From: Mobula birostris
Taxonomy: Eukaryota
DNA length: 64,000 nucleotides
Assembly: GCF_030028105.1 (NCBI RefSeq)
Contig: NC_092379.1
Location: forward strand, 30,215,715-30,279,714
Reading direction: 5' to 3'
The notes under the pieces are model-generated. The model was given only the letters and a program-made list of their open reading frames with translations. It was not told the origin of the DNA and ran no database searches. The first letter of the stretch is position 1, and each line of letters starts with the position of its first letter. Positions 63,355 through 64,000 of this stretch are shown one piece after another. Both the position numbers and the translations under genes were made by a program.

Positions 63355-64000
63355 GCCTTCGGGTAGTGGCGAGCTCTCGACTCGGCCCGGGAACAGTAGA
63401 CAGCGGTTCTTGATTCCCTCCGGCGGGTTAAATGACGGACCCACCTCGGTGAGGAAACTTTGCAGGCTCGCTTTGGCGAGGTAACTGGACAGGGTTGCTC
63501 TGGTGAGGAAGTGCGAAATAGCGGCACACGCTTCGGCAGAGACTAGGCTTGCTCCTGCCAGATGACATCGGCACACCGTACCTTTGATGACTTTGCAGAC
63601 GCTCCCGCCCCGAATGGCTGAAAGCCGGAGACTATAAACTACCGGTTCCGCCGAGCGTTGATTGCCTGTAATCACCAAAGCGGAGGGACACGGGAAAACA
63701 GGGAATCAACGGTCCGGATTGTAACATAAACAAGCTAAAGTTAAAGGGACCCCGATCCGGTCCATGACGAGACGAGCAGAAGGAGACAGACATGTGTGGT
63801 TGGGAGTGAAAGGGGAGTGAAACTGTGAGAGTGAGGGATAGAGATGGGAGAAACAAGGAAGCGGGAAGATGGACTAAGAAAAGGGAGATGGAGGGTAGAA
63901 GTGCGGAGAGAAAAAGGGAAGGAAAAGTAAGGACAGAAAGAGATGGAAGAATGGAGGGAAGCAGAAAGGATGATAGGGAAAAGAAAGATGTGGAGGATGG

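Larger units (their letters stand above)
62363..63726 (-). mobile_element. Probable solo LTR with internal tandem repeats
   Basis: Minus strand runs TGTTACA...AATAAA...CCTCACA with AATAAA ~20 nt from the end, GC-rich. No clean TSD found. Confidence 0.55.

Noticed and set aside
1-64000. Remaining short ORFs in the six-frame track
   Set aside because: They are antisense or off-frame readings of TE fragments and microsatellites, and many start at GTG or TTG.

Overview
Vertebrate genomic DNA, not prokaryotic, inferred to be from a cartilaginous fish (shark/ray) based on the genes and repeats; the species cannot be called. About 95% is decayed transposon sequence: CR1, Rex/Babar and Penelope-like retroelements, a Gmr1-type Ty3/Gypsy, a HERO/NeSL-like RLE LINE and an ERV-like pol relic. 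The biologically important content is two complete, apparently intact NAR-TCR cassettes on the minus strand (19086-22155 and 47029-50160). Each reads leader exon - IgNAR-like V with 22-bp-spacer RSS - one D with 12/12 RSS - J with 23-RSS - leaderless supporting TCR-delta V with 23-RSS. This is the doubly rearranging, two-V-domain TCR delta chain described in nurse shark (Criscitiello, Saltis & Flajnik 2006). The two cassettes sit in a tandem segmental duplication (~10950-27800 vs ~31250-54930, roughly 10% diverged by eye) with copy-specific TE insertions. The most unusual feature I see is a second, near-consensus 23-RSS 22 nt behind the normal RSS of both supporting V genes. A 5'-truncated GPR139-like GPCR fragment lies between the units. 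Repeat boundaries are approximate. V/D/J, splice and RSS coordinates were counted by hand.
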